Of a stretch of DNA of 64,000 nt, positions 1 through 21,399 are shown in pieces; the stretch's first letter is position 1; each line of letters begins with the position of its first letter. The stretch lies in assembly GCF_009914755.1 (NCBI RefSeq), contig NC_060927.1; one strand, given 5' to 3'. The translations under genes and the position numbers were made by a program. The notes beneath the pieces are model-generated. The model was given only the letters and a program-made list of their open reading frames with translations. It was not told the origin of the DNA and ran no database searches. The DNA is from the human T2T-CHM13v2.0 reference genome, Homo sapiens.

Positions 1-3869
<3,869 letters not shown>

Positions 3870-6664
3870 ATAATTAATCTTTTTTTATTAACCACTAAAA
3901 CAGTGCCAAGGGCCTTGAAGTGAGGATTTGTGCCATGGCTCTGTGATGCTGTTTCTCCTTTTTCTTGATCTGCAATTGTCCTTAACTCATTTTTGATGCT
4001 CTTTGTGATCTACTAAGTTGCTTGATAGCAAAATGAAATTATGAAGTTTCCTTTTTATAGAATTCTATTTTCTTCTAGGATGAGTTCTTTGTGTTCTGCT
4101 TCTTTCACTTTCATTTTTAAAGGAAGTGTACATGGCTGTTTCCTTTTGTATTGTTTAGGGAAATAAACTTAGGGGGTTTTTTTGTATGTGGGGGGAAGGG
4201 GAAGAGCATAAACTAAAGAGAATGGAAATCTTCACTTTAAAATTAAATTAGGAAAAGGAATAGAGAAATAGAGGTATCCACATCTAAATCCTCCATTTCA
4301 CTTATTTCTTCTCAGGTCAGCAGCTATTTCCTTTACTCTGTTTGGAAATATTAAGTGAGCATTTTCATGACTTTGTCTACTGTGACTCTTTTGTTTCTTT
4401 CCTTGCCTGTTTTCTTTTTTGGTTACTATTGCTGATGTTTTTCTTTGTGGTTGATGATTTCAAAAATTATGTTTTGTGCATTATTTTATGTATTGAGATG
4501 GGAAAATTCTGCGAAGCATTTGCATTCTACCACACTAGTTTGGTCCTAGTGTTTCAGGTCCAAAGACCTGTAAAGGATCTGAAGCAAATTTAGGAGTCTA
4601 GAGGAAGGTGGGTGGAGTGGAGGCCTTTAGAAGATACATTATAAATTTTAGATTTCATCTTAAGAGAAATAGGAAGCCACTGAAGGTTTTAAAAAGCAGG
4701 TTCCTGAAATGATCAGATTCCTCTATTTTAAAGGTCACTCCAGCAGCTGTGTGGAGGAGAAAGAATTGGAATGGGGCATGTGTAGATGCTGGGAAACGAG
4801 TTAACAAGCTATTGCAGTGATCCAAGTGAGATGATGGTGGCTTCTAGCCCAGCATTCTAACTGATATCCATAATGATGACCCTGAGTTATTATAAAAGGG
4901 CTTAATTGTATCACATATATCCTGTTTAAGATTGCAGGAAAATGTGTGATAGGTTTTAATAAGATTTCTCTAGAGATTTATATGGTGGGGAAAAATTATG
5001 CTCAGCCATTTGGAAAATAGTACCCACAGTTACTCAGTGTCCAAAGAGGTCTACCTCTGAAAACATTATTTTCTATTAAAATTCTGTGGTTAATCTACAC
5101 ATGACCTAGTGTTTTCATTTATACATGGAACATGCAGAAAGAATATACTATTAGTATAAAATTATTTTAAACATTGATCCTAAAAATACAGAGGAAAACA
5201 GGTTTCAAGCAGGCCAGCTTTTAACATCTACTAAATGAATCTCTCTTAAACATTTGTTTGGAATCAGCACATTCTGCGCACAATGACCTTCACACAAACA
5301 TGGGTCTCATATTTCTGCCACTGCAAATGTAGAGTTTGAAGGAATGAAAGCAATATTGTTTTACCTATGGGATATTTGGGTTTTAATCAAGAGGTTTTGC
5401 AATGACAGCTTATAATGAGGCAGCTGGTATTACCAAAAAAGCCATATGGAACTATCATAGTGCTGCTGCAAATGGTATCAATTAACTGGTTTATTTTCAA
5501 AACTTCCATTTAAGTAAGTTTGATCACAGAGGCCTCGGGAAAATAAACATAGGATTTATTTGAGGGAGGGGTAGGATGGCAGAAACCTGACAATAAAAAT
5601 AGATTCTATTTTTAAATTAAATTAGAAAAAATATAAATGAAGGAGGATATTCACATCTAAAAGTCCACAGTGAGAGATCTAGTGACTACAAACAGCCTTT
5701 TTATTTTGTTGATTTAAGTGTGGTTTAAGTTAGACTATTTTTATATATGAGGGGATTTAGATATATGTCTTTCCAAAATCTTCATTAATCTAAAACAAGT
5801 TTTAAAAATTGGCAATAGTGGCAATACTTGAGGGAATAATCAATAGGAGAGATATTACAAAAGCAGATTTGAGAAATAAAAACTACTCCTTCCTTTTTGG
5901 TGATTATGCCACAAACTCAATGTTTAAATCTAATTTTCATATCTTATTTTTATAAAAAGAGGTTGGATAATAGAACTCACTTGTGAAAATTCTGAGGCCT
6001 CTTAATTAAAAGCATCCACAAATGATTAAAGAACAATAGGAAATTAAAACTCTCAAGTGGAGCAACCAAATTAAAGAATGCAGTCTCCGAGAGAGTGAGT
6101 CATATAAACCTGGTGTTGCCAAACATGGCTTATCTGGCGAGATTCCTAGTGTGATAAAATTAATGAGATTTTGTTGTTGCTATTTTCTTGATGTTTACTC
6201 CTTGAGTTTTGTTTTAAAAAAAGCTTTTAAATGAGAATAATACTTTCAAAAGTTAGGTATAGAAGAATGAGGACAGGACCCACAACAGACTGGGGCTCTA
6301 GCTCCAGATCTTCCATTAATCAATTACAGCATGTAAGGCAAGTTAGAGTCCCTACCTGTTTACCATGCTATGAAGATAAACAGGAAAATGCCAATTACCT
6401 CTGCTGTCATTATCACATATTTAGTACCAAATATCATAGGACAGTACAGTCATAGTTATGCTCACAAGCTTTAGATGAGTTAGACAGCTTGAATTTAAAT
6501 CTAAGTTCTATCCCCTATAAGTAGTGTAACCCCACACAGATTGTTTAACTTCTCTAAGTTTTATTCATAGACAGGGAAATATACATATAGTATCTTTCTG
6601 TAATGTCAATCAAAAGAGCTAATGCGTTCAAAAATTTTAGTGCTGTGCCTGGTATACATTAAGG

Positions 6665-6992
6665 CAGGGGTTCCCAACCCAGTCCGTGGCCTGTTAGGAA
6701 TTGGGCCTCACAGCAGGAGGTGAGCAGTGGGTGAGTGAGTGGAGCTTCATCTGTATTTACAGCCACTCCCCATCACTTGCATCACTGCCTGAGTTCCACC
6801 TCCTGTCAGATCAGCAGTGGCCTTAGATTCTCATGGGGGTGTGAACCCTATTGTGAACCCCACATGCAAGGGATCTAGGTTGCGTGCTTCTCATGATTAT
6901 CTAATGTGCCCTCCCACCAGCCCCTGTTTAACCATGGAAAAATTGTCTTCCATGAAACTGGTCCCTGGTGCCAAAAAGGTTGGGGACTGCTG
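6665..6992. mobile_element. MER1B-like hAT-Charlie non-autonomous DNA transposon
   Basis: Termini caggggttcccaaccc ... ggttggggactgctg. Perfect 8-bp TSD CATTAAGG at 6657-6664 and 6993-7000. Confidence 0.85.
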
Positions 6993-7896
6993 CATTAAGG
7001 GTTCCATAGATATTGGCTGGTATTACTATTATTATTTTAATTATTATTGGTAATATTATAAAATATCTTTTTCCTATGAGATATTTTATCAAGTAAGAAA
7101 TTCTGCAATTATATAACCATAATAGAAAAACTACTTTGTAACAACCAAATAAAAAACATAAAAATAATTGTAAAACTTTAGCATGGTAGCTGATGATGAT
7201 TTCAACAAATGCAACTTCCTTTTTGAGAGGGCATGGATCTTTAATAAGTAACATGGACTCTGGAAAAATACACATATGTACTTAGAGACAAAATGTTTCA
7301 AGAAGTACAAGGATCTCCAAAGTCTGTTCTTGGATGTCTTTCCCAGGTTAGAAATTCAGGCTCAGGATCAGTGGATGCAAACTAGGGTCCAGAGGATTGA
7401 ATTGGACTTGGAGATGTGTTTTGTTGGCCTGCAGAGGGCCTCACAATTTGTCAATGTGAATGCCTCTAATAGGGCAAACATGTTTAGTGCACCATAATTC
7501 TGCCATACTCTGTGGTACTAATCTCAGGCAGCTTCACTTTTTTGGGCTATATGCCCAATCTCTGTAGGCCTCTGAGTTTGTGACATTGGCTTTACACACT
7601 TCAAAATCCATTCTGTGCCAGACTGGGTCTTTCCACTCTTACTCTAATAATCAAGCAGGCTTTTTTGTACTAAGGAAGCTGGCAAGATAAAAACCAAACA
7701 CATTTCCCTGACTCGTGTACAGTTAGGGGTCCACATGCAATCTAGGTTTTGCCATGCAGATAAGTATGAGACTTGGGAAGTGGATTACAGTTAGATCAGG
7801 TGGCAGCCACAAGTACAAGGATCAGATTTTCTGCATGGAAGATGGCAAAAGCCTTGGTTCTTCTAGGCAGCTGTGGCAAAGATTCTAGATCTAGTC

Positions 7897-8120
7897 TAGA
7901 GGTTGGCAAATCAAGGCCCGTGGGTCAAACTGGGTCTACTACCTAATTTTATCAATAGAGTTCTATTGGATCAACAGTCATACCTGTCATTTGCATATTT
8001 TCTACAGCTGCTTTTGCACTACAACAGTAGAGTTGAGTAGCTGTGACGCAGACCATATGGACCATGAAGCCTACAATTTTTACACTCTGGCTCTTTACAG
8101 AAAAACTTTATTGACCCTTG
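7897..8120. mobile_element. MER58A-like hAT element
   Basis: Ends agaggttggcaaa ... ttgacccttg. Internal motif ctgcttttgcactacaacagtagagttgagtagctgtgac. Confidence 0.7.
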
Positions 8121-8394
8121 GTCTCATCCCTAGATATGGAGTGGTGGGTGACAGCTGTAGTAAAGATTTTCTCATGATGTAGCTTCTCCTAGTTACAAAA
8201 TATTCCTGGTTCTGCAGCATCCAAGCTTAGTTTGTCTGGTCATTCAATAAATGCTGTAGGTTACTTAATACCATGCAATCCCCTTTTCTGCTGAAAATAG
8301 CTAGAGTGGTTTCCATTGCTGCAACTAAAAACCCTGAATGTGACACAGTAACAAAAGACAAATAATTAGGATATAAAGTTAAAAAAATACTTAC

Positions 8395-8463
8395 ATTGTG
8401 TATCATCTCAAAGTATTTTTGACAGGCTACCTGGTAATGTGTCCCCTTTACTAAATCCAAAAT
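8395..8463 (-). CDS. PRIM2: PRIM2-type exon (equivalent to exon 13, residues 411-433, 69 bp)
   Basis: [23 protein letters not shown]. Pyrimidine-rich acceptor ending ttttAG (8464-8465), donor GTaagt (8393-8394). Phase 0 at both ends. Contains C424. Confidence 0.95.
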
Positions 8464-11400
8464 CTAAAATGAATGAGGAAAAAGAGAAATAAAAATTAGA
8501 AATTAAGTTTTCTTCTAAACCACTGTAGCTCACAGTTGTTGGCCTTTTCATAATCTTCATTCCAGACAGGAAATGCAATAAATCATGTAGCATGTTGTAC
8601 TTCTGCAGCCTGGACACTGTGATAATTCTGACATTATACAGTAGTGGTTTAGGTCAGCATTAAACCACAGATGACAAGAGATAGTGATCTTTCTGGCCTA
8701 CCAACTGTACATTTTAATAACTTTACCTCAACAACAAGATGAAAATGGATCCTGGTATGATGACTTTGACAGTTATTGTCAGAACATCATATTGCAACAT
8801 CTCTCCGAAAACTGTAGATAGAAATCTAGTAATCTAATGGTTGGTGCATGAAGCAATCAAGTGTACTATTTAGATATGTATTTTCCACATTAATGGTTTA
8901 TACAGATACAGCATAAAATACTGCTGTGTGCCCATCAGGAAAATTTAATGTAAACCCTTTTGGACAAGTATCTGTGAAGAGGGAATGCTTTTACCTTCAG
9001 TCAGATTTGTCCTTTTTGAAATGAAGTTATTTCTAGCAAAGCTCAGCAGAATATGAGAGTGAATAGCCTATTCTGAACACCTATTAGGAACATCATCCTA
9101 TCTTTCGTAAATACAATTTGCTTTCCAATTCTACTTCATGTAATCTCTTCAGAGCGGTGCAAACTCCCATCCTTATCAGCAGACTGCAATGCCAGTTGAA
9201 ATTTGTAAAGTTTCATTGCTTCCCCCAAGCCCTCAAATAAATAAAACACATATTTGGCCTATTTATCAAATGCAGTAAAATGCTGGAATTAAGAGATAAC
9301 CTCAAATGAATGGAAACATAATTCTGGAGAAATGTTAATTTCTATTCCTCTTTTATTTTTTAAAAGGCTGATCTTCCTGTCACAAAAAGAAATGAACATG
9401 GGGTCTCAAATTCTTGCTATCTTCATTATTGAGTATAGCTTAATGTCATTTGACAGATACACAAAAAAAATTACAGTTACAGGACAGGCATTATACAATA
9501 CTGACAAGAATGTGCTTCAAAAATTGTTTTTCTCTGATTGTCTTATAGATTACATTTCTGAATTTCGTGTCACCTTTTATTTAATCATATATGAAAGACC
9601 TGTGTAAATTCCAGCCAACCACAGAGGCCAGGTTTCTGCCAGTCTGCCTATCTGGCCTGTCTACTTTTCTTGAATTATTAGAGCAAAATATGAAAAATCA
9701 GTTTGAAATGAGACTTTCTTCATTTTTAAATTTATTCTGCAAGTTTTCCAAGTAACGCTAACACTGAGTTCATGTTGTCTGATGCTCTTCACAAAGATTT
9801 TCAAATTGTGATGAGATAAACTTGCAAATAATTACTGACAAACATCTATAATCATATATTAATATCTGAGTTAGAATTTTGGAGAAGTAAAGACTTCAAA
9901 CATAAATTTAAGCTTTAGATGATCCCATAAATTACCTGAAGAGGAAATGGATTCACAGAAATAAAAAAGCTCAACCATATAAAAAGTAAATATGTAACAT
10001 GATATACATACATACATACAATCTAGTATGTATATGTTTGGGAAACGTGCTATAAAGAAATAATAAATCATATTAATAAAAAATTTATTTGGGTAATCCA
10101 CACGTGTAAAAAACTTACTAAAGAAAACTGACATAAAAGCCACAGAATGTGAGAAAAACAGATGTATTGCAAATTTTAGGTTCAATTTTTAGGGTCCATA
10201 AAAAATTAAATTTAAATTAATCACACTACAATCTTCCCCTGACCTGACCCAACTCGCAGAGAGGGCTCTTCCTAAACAAAAATAATTTACTTTTATTTTT
10301 GTTTTATTTTATTAGGATGAATTTTTATTTAAAATCTGCTTGAAATCTATAAACAAGTCATTCAACTATGATCAGGATAGCTTAAAGAACTTTAATCATG
10401 TCCCAGCATATTTAAGATAAGTGAAGGTTTCTATAAATAAGTAAAGGTGTGATGAGAAAAAAAGGCAATAGAGGTTTTTGAGGTAAACAAGTATTATTGG
10501 TAGATACTTTTATCTTCACTTCAGAAATGAGGAAATATATTAAAATTGGAGTATCTGTCTCCTGAGGGTGAGGGCCATTAACCGCAGAAAGAATTTTAAA
10601 AATCACATACAAATTAATAATCTTTCTTTTAAAGGAAGATAACTTACATGCTTTTAAAATTAAGGTAGAAAATATAAAACATTACTCCAAAAAATCCAAC
10701 TAATGAATATATAGTTTCATTTCAGATTATGATCTATATTACAGAGATATAGGAAAAGAAAAGATGGACCAAGGAATGAAGTTTGACTTTTTCTCTGAGT
10801 AAAATGGGGAGATAATACAATATTCTATGTGCAGGACTAAAGTGAACTGACATTTACAGAGGGTTCATTTTTGCCTGCTGTGCTGGGAACAGATTGGAAA
10901 GGACAGAGGTAGAAACAGGGAGCTCATTACACGAATTCAGGGAATAGATGGTAGATCCATGGACCACGGTGGCAATATCAGTGGCGATGGTAAGTGGTCA
11001 GATTTGGAGACAGGAGCATTTCCCACTTAATGGCTATAAAATATTTCTAAAATCAGATGTTCTCCATGAAAACACTCAAGAGGAACCTGTCCTCCAATGT
11101 CTTAAAATAATGCATGAGCTACCACTCAACCCCTTCCCCTGCCAACTGATTTCCTAAATAACTAGTTCTAAAACTCGGGAAAATGCCAATATGAAAAACA
11201 AACCTATCATATAAAATAAATGTAAAATACCCAAAATATCACGTAGTAGCCACTAAACAATATGATTAACAAACAGATATTTTCTGTGTAGAAACAGGAG
11301 TATGATACCTCTTGTCTCTTAGAGTTAGGACTTCTTAGATGCACACTTTGCTGATGTCAAAATCTTCCCAAGTGATTCTGATGTTCTAGAATTTGTATAT

Positions 11401-11734
11401 GGACTGCAACCTGAGACTTCTTCTGCACTTTGTTTTGTTAAATTTTTCCAATATGAACATCACCACTAAGCACTGTATTAAGATATTCTGCAGGTCACTC
11501 TATTTTGATGTTGATACTAATATAACTTGCTGAGGGGGTTTGATGACTCCAAGGCAGGAAATACAAACTAAAAATCAGGTGAAGGAAATGAAGCATTAAG
11601 GTATGACCAAGACACTAAAATTCAACTTATGATATAGGATCAAAATTAAAAACCTGGCAAACACCAAAATCCAAGAACAGATGCCTAAGGTACACTGCGT
11701 GAAACAGAACTTAGGGTCAAATTTCCACAAGATA

Positions 11735-12105
11735 CTTATACACCATGGAGTACTATGCAGCCACAAAAAAAGAACAAAATCATGTCCTTTATGGCAACAC
11801 AGATGCAGCTGAAGGCCATTATCCTAAGCAAATTAATGCAGAAAGAAAATCAAATACCACATGTTCTCACTTAAAGTGGGAGCTAAACATTGGTTATACA
11901 TGGACACAAAAAAGGCAACAATAAACACTGGGGATTCTAAAACTGGGGGGAGGGAGACAAGAGTTGAAAAACTACCTATCAGGTACTATGTTCACTACTT
12001 GGGCAATGGGATCATTAGAAGCCCAAGCCTCAGCATCATGCAATATACCCATATAATAAACCTGCACATGTGCCCCCCTGAATCTAAAATAAAAATTTTA
12101 AAAAA
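11735..12105 (+). mobile_element. L1PB-type 3' end fragment
   Basis: caccatggagtactatgcagcc ... gttgaaaaactacctatcaggtactatg ... cctgaatctaaaataaaa. Confidence 0.8.
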
Positions 12106-12903
12106 CGTATTAAAAAACTGAAATACTCCACAAAGTAATGAAGGTGTTGTTAGGCAAGAGTACTTTTTGCCTGTGTTTGTTTCTGCAGCATAGCTTCTGA
12201 AAGCCCAGACCTCCATCCTCACAAGCTGGTCTTGGCTCCTAAAAAGATAGCTTCCCAAGATGGCAGGCCAGGACTGCCCAGAGTGAGGGTCAGAAATAGA
12301 ATAGGTCAGGAAAACACATACTACATAGAGGTGGAAACCCATCAAGAGGAAGAAATATAATGAAGAGACAAAAAACAAGAATAGGAAGAAAAATGTGGAA
12401 AGCCAGAGAAATGGGATAAGTAAATGGAGTCCATGGCTTGCTATTTATGTGGTTTGCAAGCATCAAAGTCTAACCCACAGCTCACAAAAGATGTTTCAAT
12501 GAGCATTGACAGTAACTCTCCAGTTTTCATGTTCCATTCTGAAAGAACCAGAGCACCTTATGAGGTCCTCTTGCATATTGCAATAATACCAAAGAACAGT
12601 TTTCCAAAGGTCAGAGGAAACCAAATCAAGGGTCCATTCTGATGGTGGGGCCAGAAGTTTCCTAAATCTGTTTTAGAAAAATATCAAACAATTTGAACAA
12701 TCATATCAAAGACATTTAAAAACACAATTTTTATTTGAAGAAAAAACTCATATAAAGATCTAAGAATATTATACAAATGGCAATATGACTTAGTTTTTAA
12801 TGCCAGTATTTCCAGATAAAGTACAAAATGTCAAGTGTAACAATCCACTTACTGTTCTAATCCAGTTCATCAGTAATCAAAAGGCTAAGAAAAAGTGAGT
12901 AGT

Positions 12904-13200
12904 GGATGGGCACGGTGGCTCACGCCTGTAATCCCAGCACTTTGGGAGTCCAAGGCAGGTGGATCATGAGGTCAGGAGTTCAAGACCAGCCTGGCCAACA
13001 TGGGGAAACCCCATGTCTACTAAAAATGCAAAAATTAGCTGGGTGTGGTGGTGCGTGTCTGTAATCCCAGCTACTCAGGAGGCTGAGGCAGGAGAATCGC
13101 TTGAACCCAGGATGTGGAGGTTACAGTGAGCCAAGATTGCAACACTACACTCCAGCCTGAGTGACAGAGCAAGACTGTCTCAGAAAAAAACAAAACAAAG
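12904..13200 (+). mobile_element. AluS element
   Basis: Full dimeric Alu. TSD AAGAAAAAGTGAGTAGT at 12887-12903 and, displaced by the later L1 insertion, at 15931-15947. Confidence 0.93.
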
Positions 13201-13215
13201 AAAGAAAAAGTGAGT

Positions 13216-15789
<2,574 letters not shown>

Positions 15790-15925
15790 GATTTGTCCCA
15801 TTTACAACTATGATGATTAAGGGAGCTAATGTTTGTATAAATGCTTAAGTACAATAGAACCATAATTTATTGTAAAATTACATAATAAAGATAATGAGGT
15901 CCCTGAATGTGAAAAGAAAAAAAAG
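15790..15925 (+). other. L1 3' transduced segment with its own polyadenylation signal and second A-rich tail
   Basis: Non-L1 ~122 bp between the L1 poly(A) and the 3' TSD. AATAAA at 15884-15889, A-rich tract from 15912. 19-bp TSD AAAGAAAGAAAAAGTGAGT at 13197-13215 and 15926-15944. Confidence 0.85.
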
Positions 15926-15942
15926 AAAGAAAGAAAAAGTGA

Positions 15943-16315
<373 letters not shown>

Positions 16316-16388
16316 TCTCTTTATTTTTAACTATTCTCTATCAGTTGAATAAAGTCCACCAGTAAGAATATTACGGATTTTAAAAATA

Positions 16389-16721
<333 letters not shown>

Positions 16722-18168
16722 TCATATTTGTATTTGCTAAGTTTGCTAAAAGCATTAATTATACTTCATCTACTATTTCATCCTCAAGATGAATTACTGA
16801 TTTTTTTTTTCTGTAAGAGAATTCTAGTAAAGCACCTCACCAAAGACATCTTTGCAGTTGAGGAGCAAAAAGCAAATAAGGTGATATTTTTCTGATTTAA
16901 TCAGTGATGGAACATAGATGATACAGAACACTGGTGGGAAATGCTATAGGTATGTCTATTTATAACACACACATATACAAAAATAGAACTCTCCTCTTTT
17001 TATACACACACAACATTTTATAACTTTGAGCCACACTTCCTCCCTCTTGCTAATTCTCTTAATATTTCTAGCCAGCTGCAAATTCCTCTCTCTCTTTTGC
17101 TTCAATGCCTGCCAACGAGGTTCAGATGATTACCTGGCAGCAGAATGCAGCCACCTGCCCATCTTTGGCTTTGGTGAGCAGAGCGCTGTACAGCTAGGTA
17201 CGCTGCACTCACCAATTAGATATGTGGCTAATCTAATTCAAGGTCAAGTTTTGTCTTATTTGAAAGTGATAACAAGCTTGCTTCTTCCTAAAAAACTCAA
17301 TCTTTCAAAACTAGACTGGGCTGATATTTTTCCACTCCATTTCTAACCTTCCCATATTTCAAAGGTGAAAGAAAAATGTGGTGGAGATGCCAAGTCTTGC
17401 ACATTTTTGAACATACGACTTTGCTCCCATTTCTCACACACTCAGCACAGCTTAGCCTGCTGCTGCCTTGCTGTGACCTTCACTTACTGGCAGATCAGGG
17501 CCAAGTTTCCCTCTCTTGAAGATGTACTTTCATTTCTTTAAAACATTATATGTCAAGAATTTTTCTGACTCTTTATTATCTATAAACAAAGTTATCTGAG
17601 TCAATTCTACCTCCAAATGTCATTAAAATCTACCCTTTTCTCTCCATTTTTGAAGTCTTTATCATTCTCTTTTTTATTGGAAAGCTTCTTGATTTATACT
17701 TTCTTCACTCAAGATAGCTGCCACATTGCCACAAGAGTACCTTTTCTAAAGGCCAAATCTAATCCTGGCATGGCTGGGGCACAAACTTTTCATCATGATT
17801 CAAAGGCTCCTACCCTGTCCTACCTGGCCACTGGATCCTCATACTCTGGTCCAGCTTCTCCTGCAATGTGCTCTTTGGAACTTTAGCTCACAAAATCCTA
17901 GTGATGATCGGGGGTTTTCTTGTCTAATAACTTGTTTAACTGGCTTTAATCCACAATTACCTAAGTTTCTTCACGGCAGAACTTAATAGGGTAACGTTTC
18001 TCAAACTAATTTGTCCCCAGAATCCATTTTTCATAGATCTCTCAGGACTAGGGTTCCTCAAAACACACCAAACAACCTTATTTAAATTAATAGAGTCACC
18101 TCCACAAGTCTCATTCTTCTCTCTTATCCTGCCATAGTTTTATTTCACTACACTTACTTGTTTATCTG

Positions 18169-18536
18169 CGATATATGGTTTGGCTCTATCCTCACCCAAA
18201 TCTCATCTTGAACTGTAGCTCCCATAATTCCCACATGTCATGGGAGGGACCTGGTGGGAGATAATTGAATCATGTGGGCAGTTTCCCCCATACTGTTCGC
18301 GTGGTAGTGAGTAAGTCTCACGAGATCTGATGATGGTTTTGTAGGGGAAACCCCTTTCACTTGGATCTCATTGTCTCTCTTGTCTGCTGCTATGTAAGAC
18401 GTGCCTCTCACCTTCCACCATGATTGTGAGGGCTCCTATGCCACATGGAACTGTGAGTCCATTAAACCTTTTTTTCCTTATAAAGTACCAAGTCTTGGGC
18501 ATGTCTTTATCAGCAGCATGAAAACAGACTAATACA
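18169..18536 (+). mobile_element. THE1 (MaLR) solo LTR
   Basis: tatggtttggctctatcctcacccaaatctcatcttgaactgtagctcccataattcccac ... gaaaacagactaataca. 5-bp TSD-like flanks atctg/gtctg. Confidence 0.88.
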
Positions 18537-20980
18537 GTCTGTCTCCCCACTGGAATATCAGCTCCATGAAGGTAGAAGTCTCACTAGTTTTAGTCATCAT
18601 TATATTCCCAATGTCTTGAACAGTAAATGGAATACAATCCTCACGCAATTATTATTTGTTGATGTTGAATGAATGCTGCTCCTTTTGCCTAATCTGCCTT
18701 ACATCAGGCACAGGGGAAACTCCTACTCAACTTTCAAACCCAATTAAAATGTCACTTCTTATATGAAGCATTCTCTTCTGCTCCCTCTTCAACAGAAGAT
18801 CTTTCCCCTCTGGCACTTTGAATATATTTTTATAAAAGCATTTAGCATACTTTATAATAGTTAATTATTAAAGCACTTATCATACTCTATTGTAGTTAGG
18901 TACCAATAAAAGGATTGTTGAGAAGCAATTTAAACTGCTACCCAAAATACTGATTTTCTTAGTGCACATTAATACCAACATTTTGGATTAAAGAATTTAA
19001 GCTCTTAGGGAACATTAACAACTAAGTAAACTTAGAAAGCAAGGAGGGAAGGAAAGAGAAGGAAGAAGAGAGGAAAGATAATGAGGGGGAAGGTAGGACA
19101 AACGAGAAGACACATGTAAAGCCTGCTTAGAGATACGGAGAAATGTATTGTCAAACCTCAGTTCCATGGTTCAGTTACTAATTATTACTGTGCTTTGAGT
19201 ATTCTATTTTTTGGCCTAATATAAAAGCAAGCCAATTCAGAATCACTATGCTCTATGATCTTTATGAAAATAATGAAAGATATTTATACTGATTATATAA
19301 TTACTTTAGAAGATTATGCTTATTAAAAGATGTATCATGTACTAATTTAATAATTACTTTAGATTGTTTATTAAAAGATGTATCATATCTCCTGGATATG
19401 CTATTGAAAACAGAAGCTAATGTTAAAATCTGTCACTTAAGAATTAAGAAGTAAAAATAATCATATAAATTCAGAGATAGAAACTTTAACAAGAAATACA
19501 TTGCAAATTGATGGTAAACACCACCAAGAAGAATGAAATGACTTAAAGCTACCCAGTCTAAAAATCTAAACTACTTGCTTTATGAAATAAATTTACTTAA
19601 CCTTCTGGGTACCTTAAGCTTACTTCTTCAAAAGAAGCTGGGATGCCTCTGGGAGTATACTCTATAAAACTGATCAAGAAATAGAACTAAGTTAGAATAG
19701 TTTTATGACTATAGGTAGTTAGGTTTGACTTTACAAAAATATCCTAAGTGACAGTATCATATGTGACTGAATAAAATTCTTCCATAGGTATCAGTAGTTT
19801 TTCATGTAATGAATACATAATAAATATAGAAAGATGTGTAACTATATGAACAGAGTATTAAATTTTAAGAAAGGATGTTTTCCATTTGAATGCAATTTTA
19901 ATGAATATAAGTTTTAATTAATAGGCTTAGCTAACAATGACATATGTTACTTGACTTTCAAAGTGATTTTTCTTTGAACCACCTTGAACATTAAATCTTC
20001 AAGCAACCATTTATCTTCAGCCTATAAGAAAGGAAGGATATACACAGAAATCAAGTATTAAAGCCAAAAGTACAACCATGGCCTGGTGACACCAATTCTA
20101 ATGCTCAACTTCCCATCTTTTCCTTAATGCAGTTCTGAGTTTTACCAAGAACGTTACACATCTTCAACTACAACACTAAGAAAAGCAAAGCTAAGTGCAG
20201 CAATCAAACTACCGTTCTCAAAAATCAGAAGAGATACTCCTGAAGACGAAATAGATACAAAAGCTCCCCTTAAAAGCAGTTACTTTCCATAAAGTAATAG
20301 ACAGCCTGAATACTATCATCCACTGGTAAGTCCCCCTTACCTAAGAAAATCATAGGAGTTTTTAGGTAGCTCAGATTTTTAGGAACATTAAATAAAGAGT
20401 CATTGAAATTTATCTTTATCATAAAAACTTCTTGACAAAGAGTTACTTTTAAGTCTTTTAAACTGTCCCCTTTGAAAGATTTCTTCATTAAAAGGCATTT
20501 GCCAGTTTTAGATTTAATATAGTCACTAACTTCTTGAGAATTTTTGACTGTGAAAAACAGAGGTTAACCAACCTCTCAAAAAGCAATAAGAGCATACATT
20601 TTTTCATATTTCATGGCTTTAATTCACTCTTAAGTTTCTTAGAAGCACCAATTAGATTTGTTTTAAAAATCATTAATAGTTGAGTGAAAATTCTAAAACA
20701 CATTTCCTTCCTCTATTAAAAAAACTAAAATGAGAAATAAAAAGACAGTTTTAAAAACATTAGTGCAGAAATACATTTGTAAATAATGTATCATTTCAAT
20801 CAAAATCTTGAAAAATGAATAGCCTTATGTATACTTACTTATGGGCCAACATGTAAAAGTAAGTATTGGTTGTAATAGGTCTAACACAATTGTACAGCAG
20901 AAGCAAACATTAAAATACACTGTAGAAACAGAACCTAATCACTCGAATACTCAACATTCTCAAGTGCTCGACACTTAAAG

Positions 20981-21394
<414 letters not shown>

Positions 21395-21399
21395 TCAAC

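Noticed and set aside
8227-8460. 77-aa ORF as a standalone gene
   Set aside because: Only the first 22 codons are exonic; the rest reads through the GT donor into intron.
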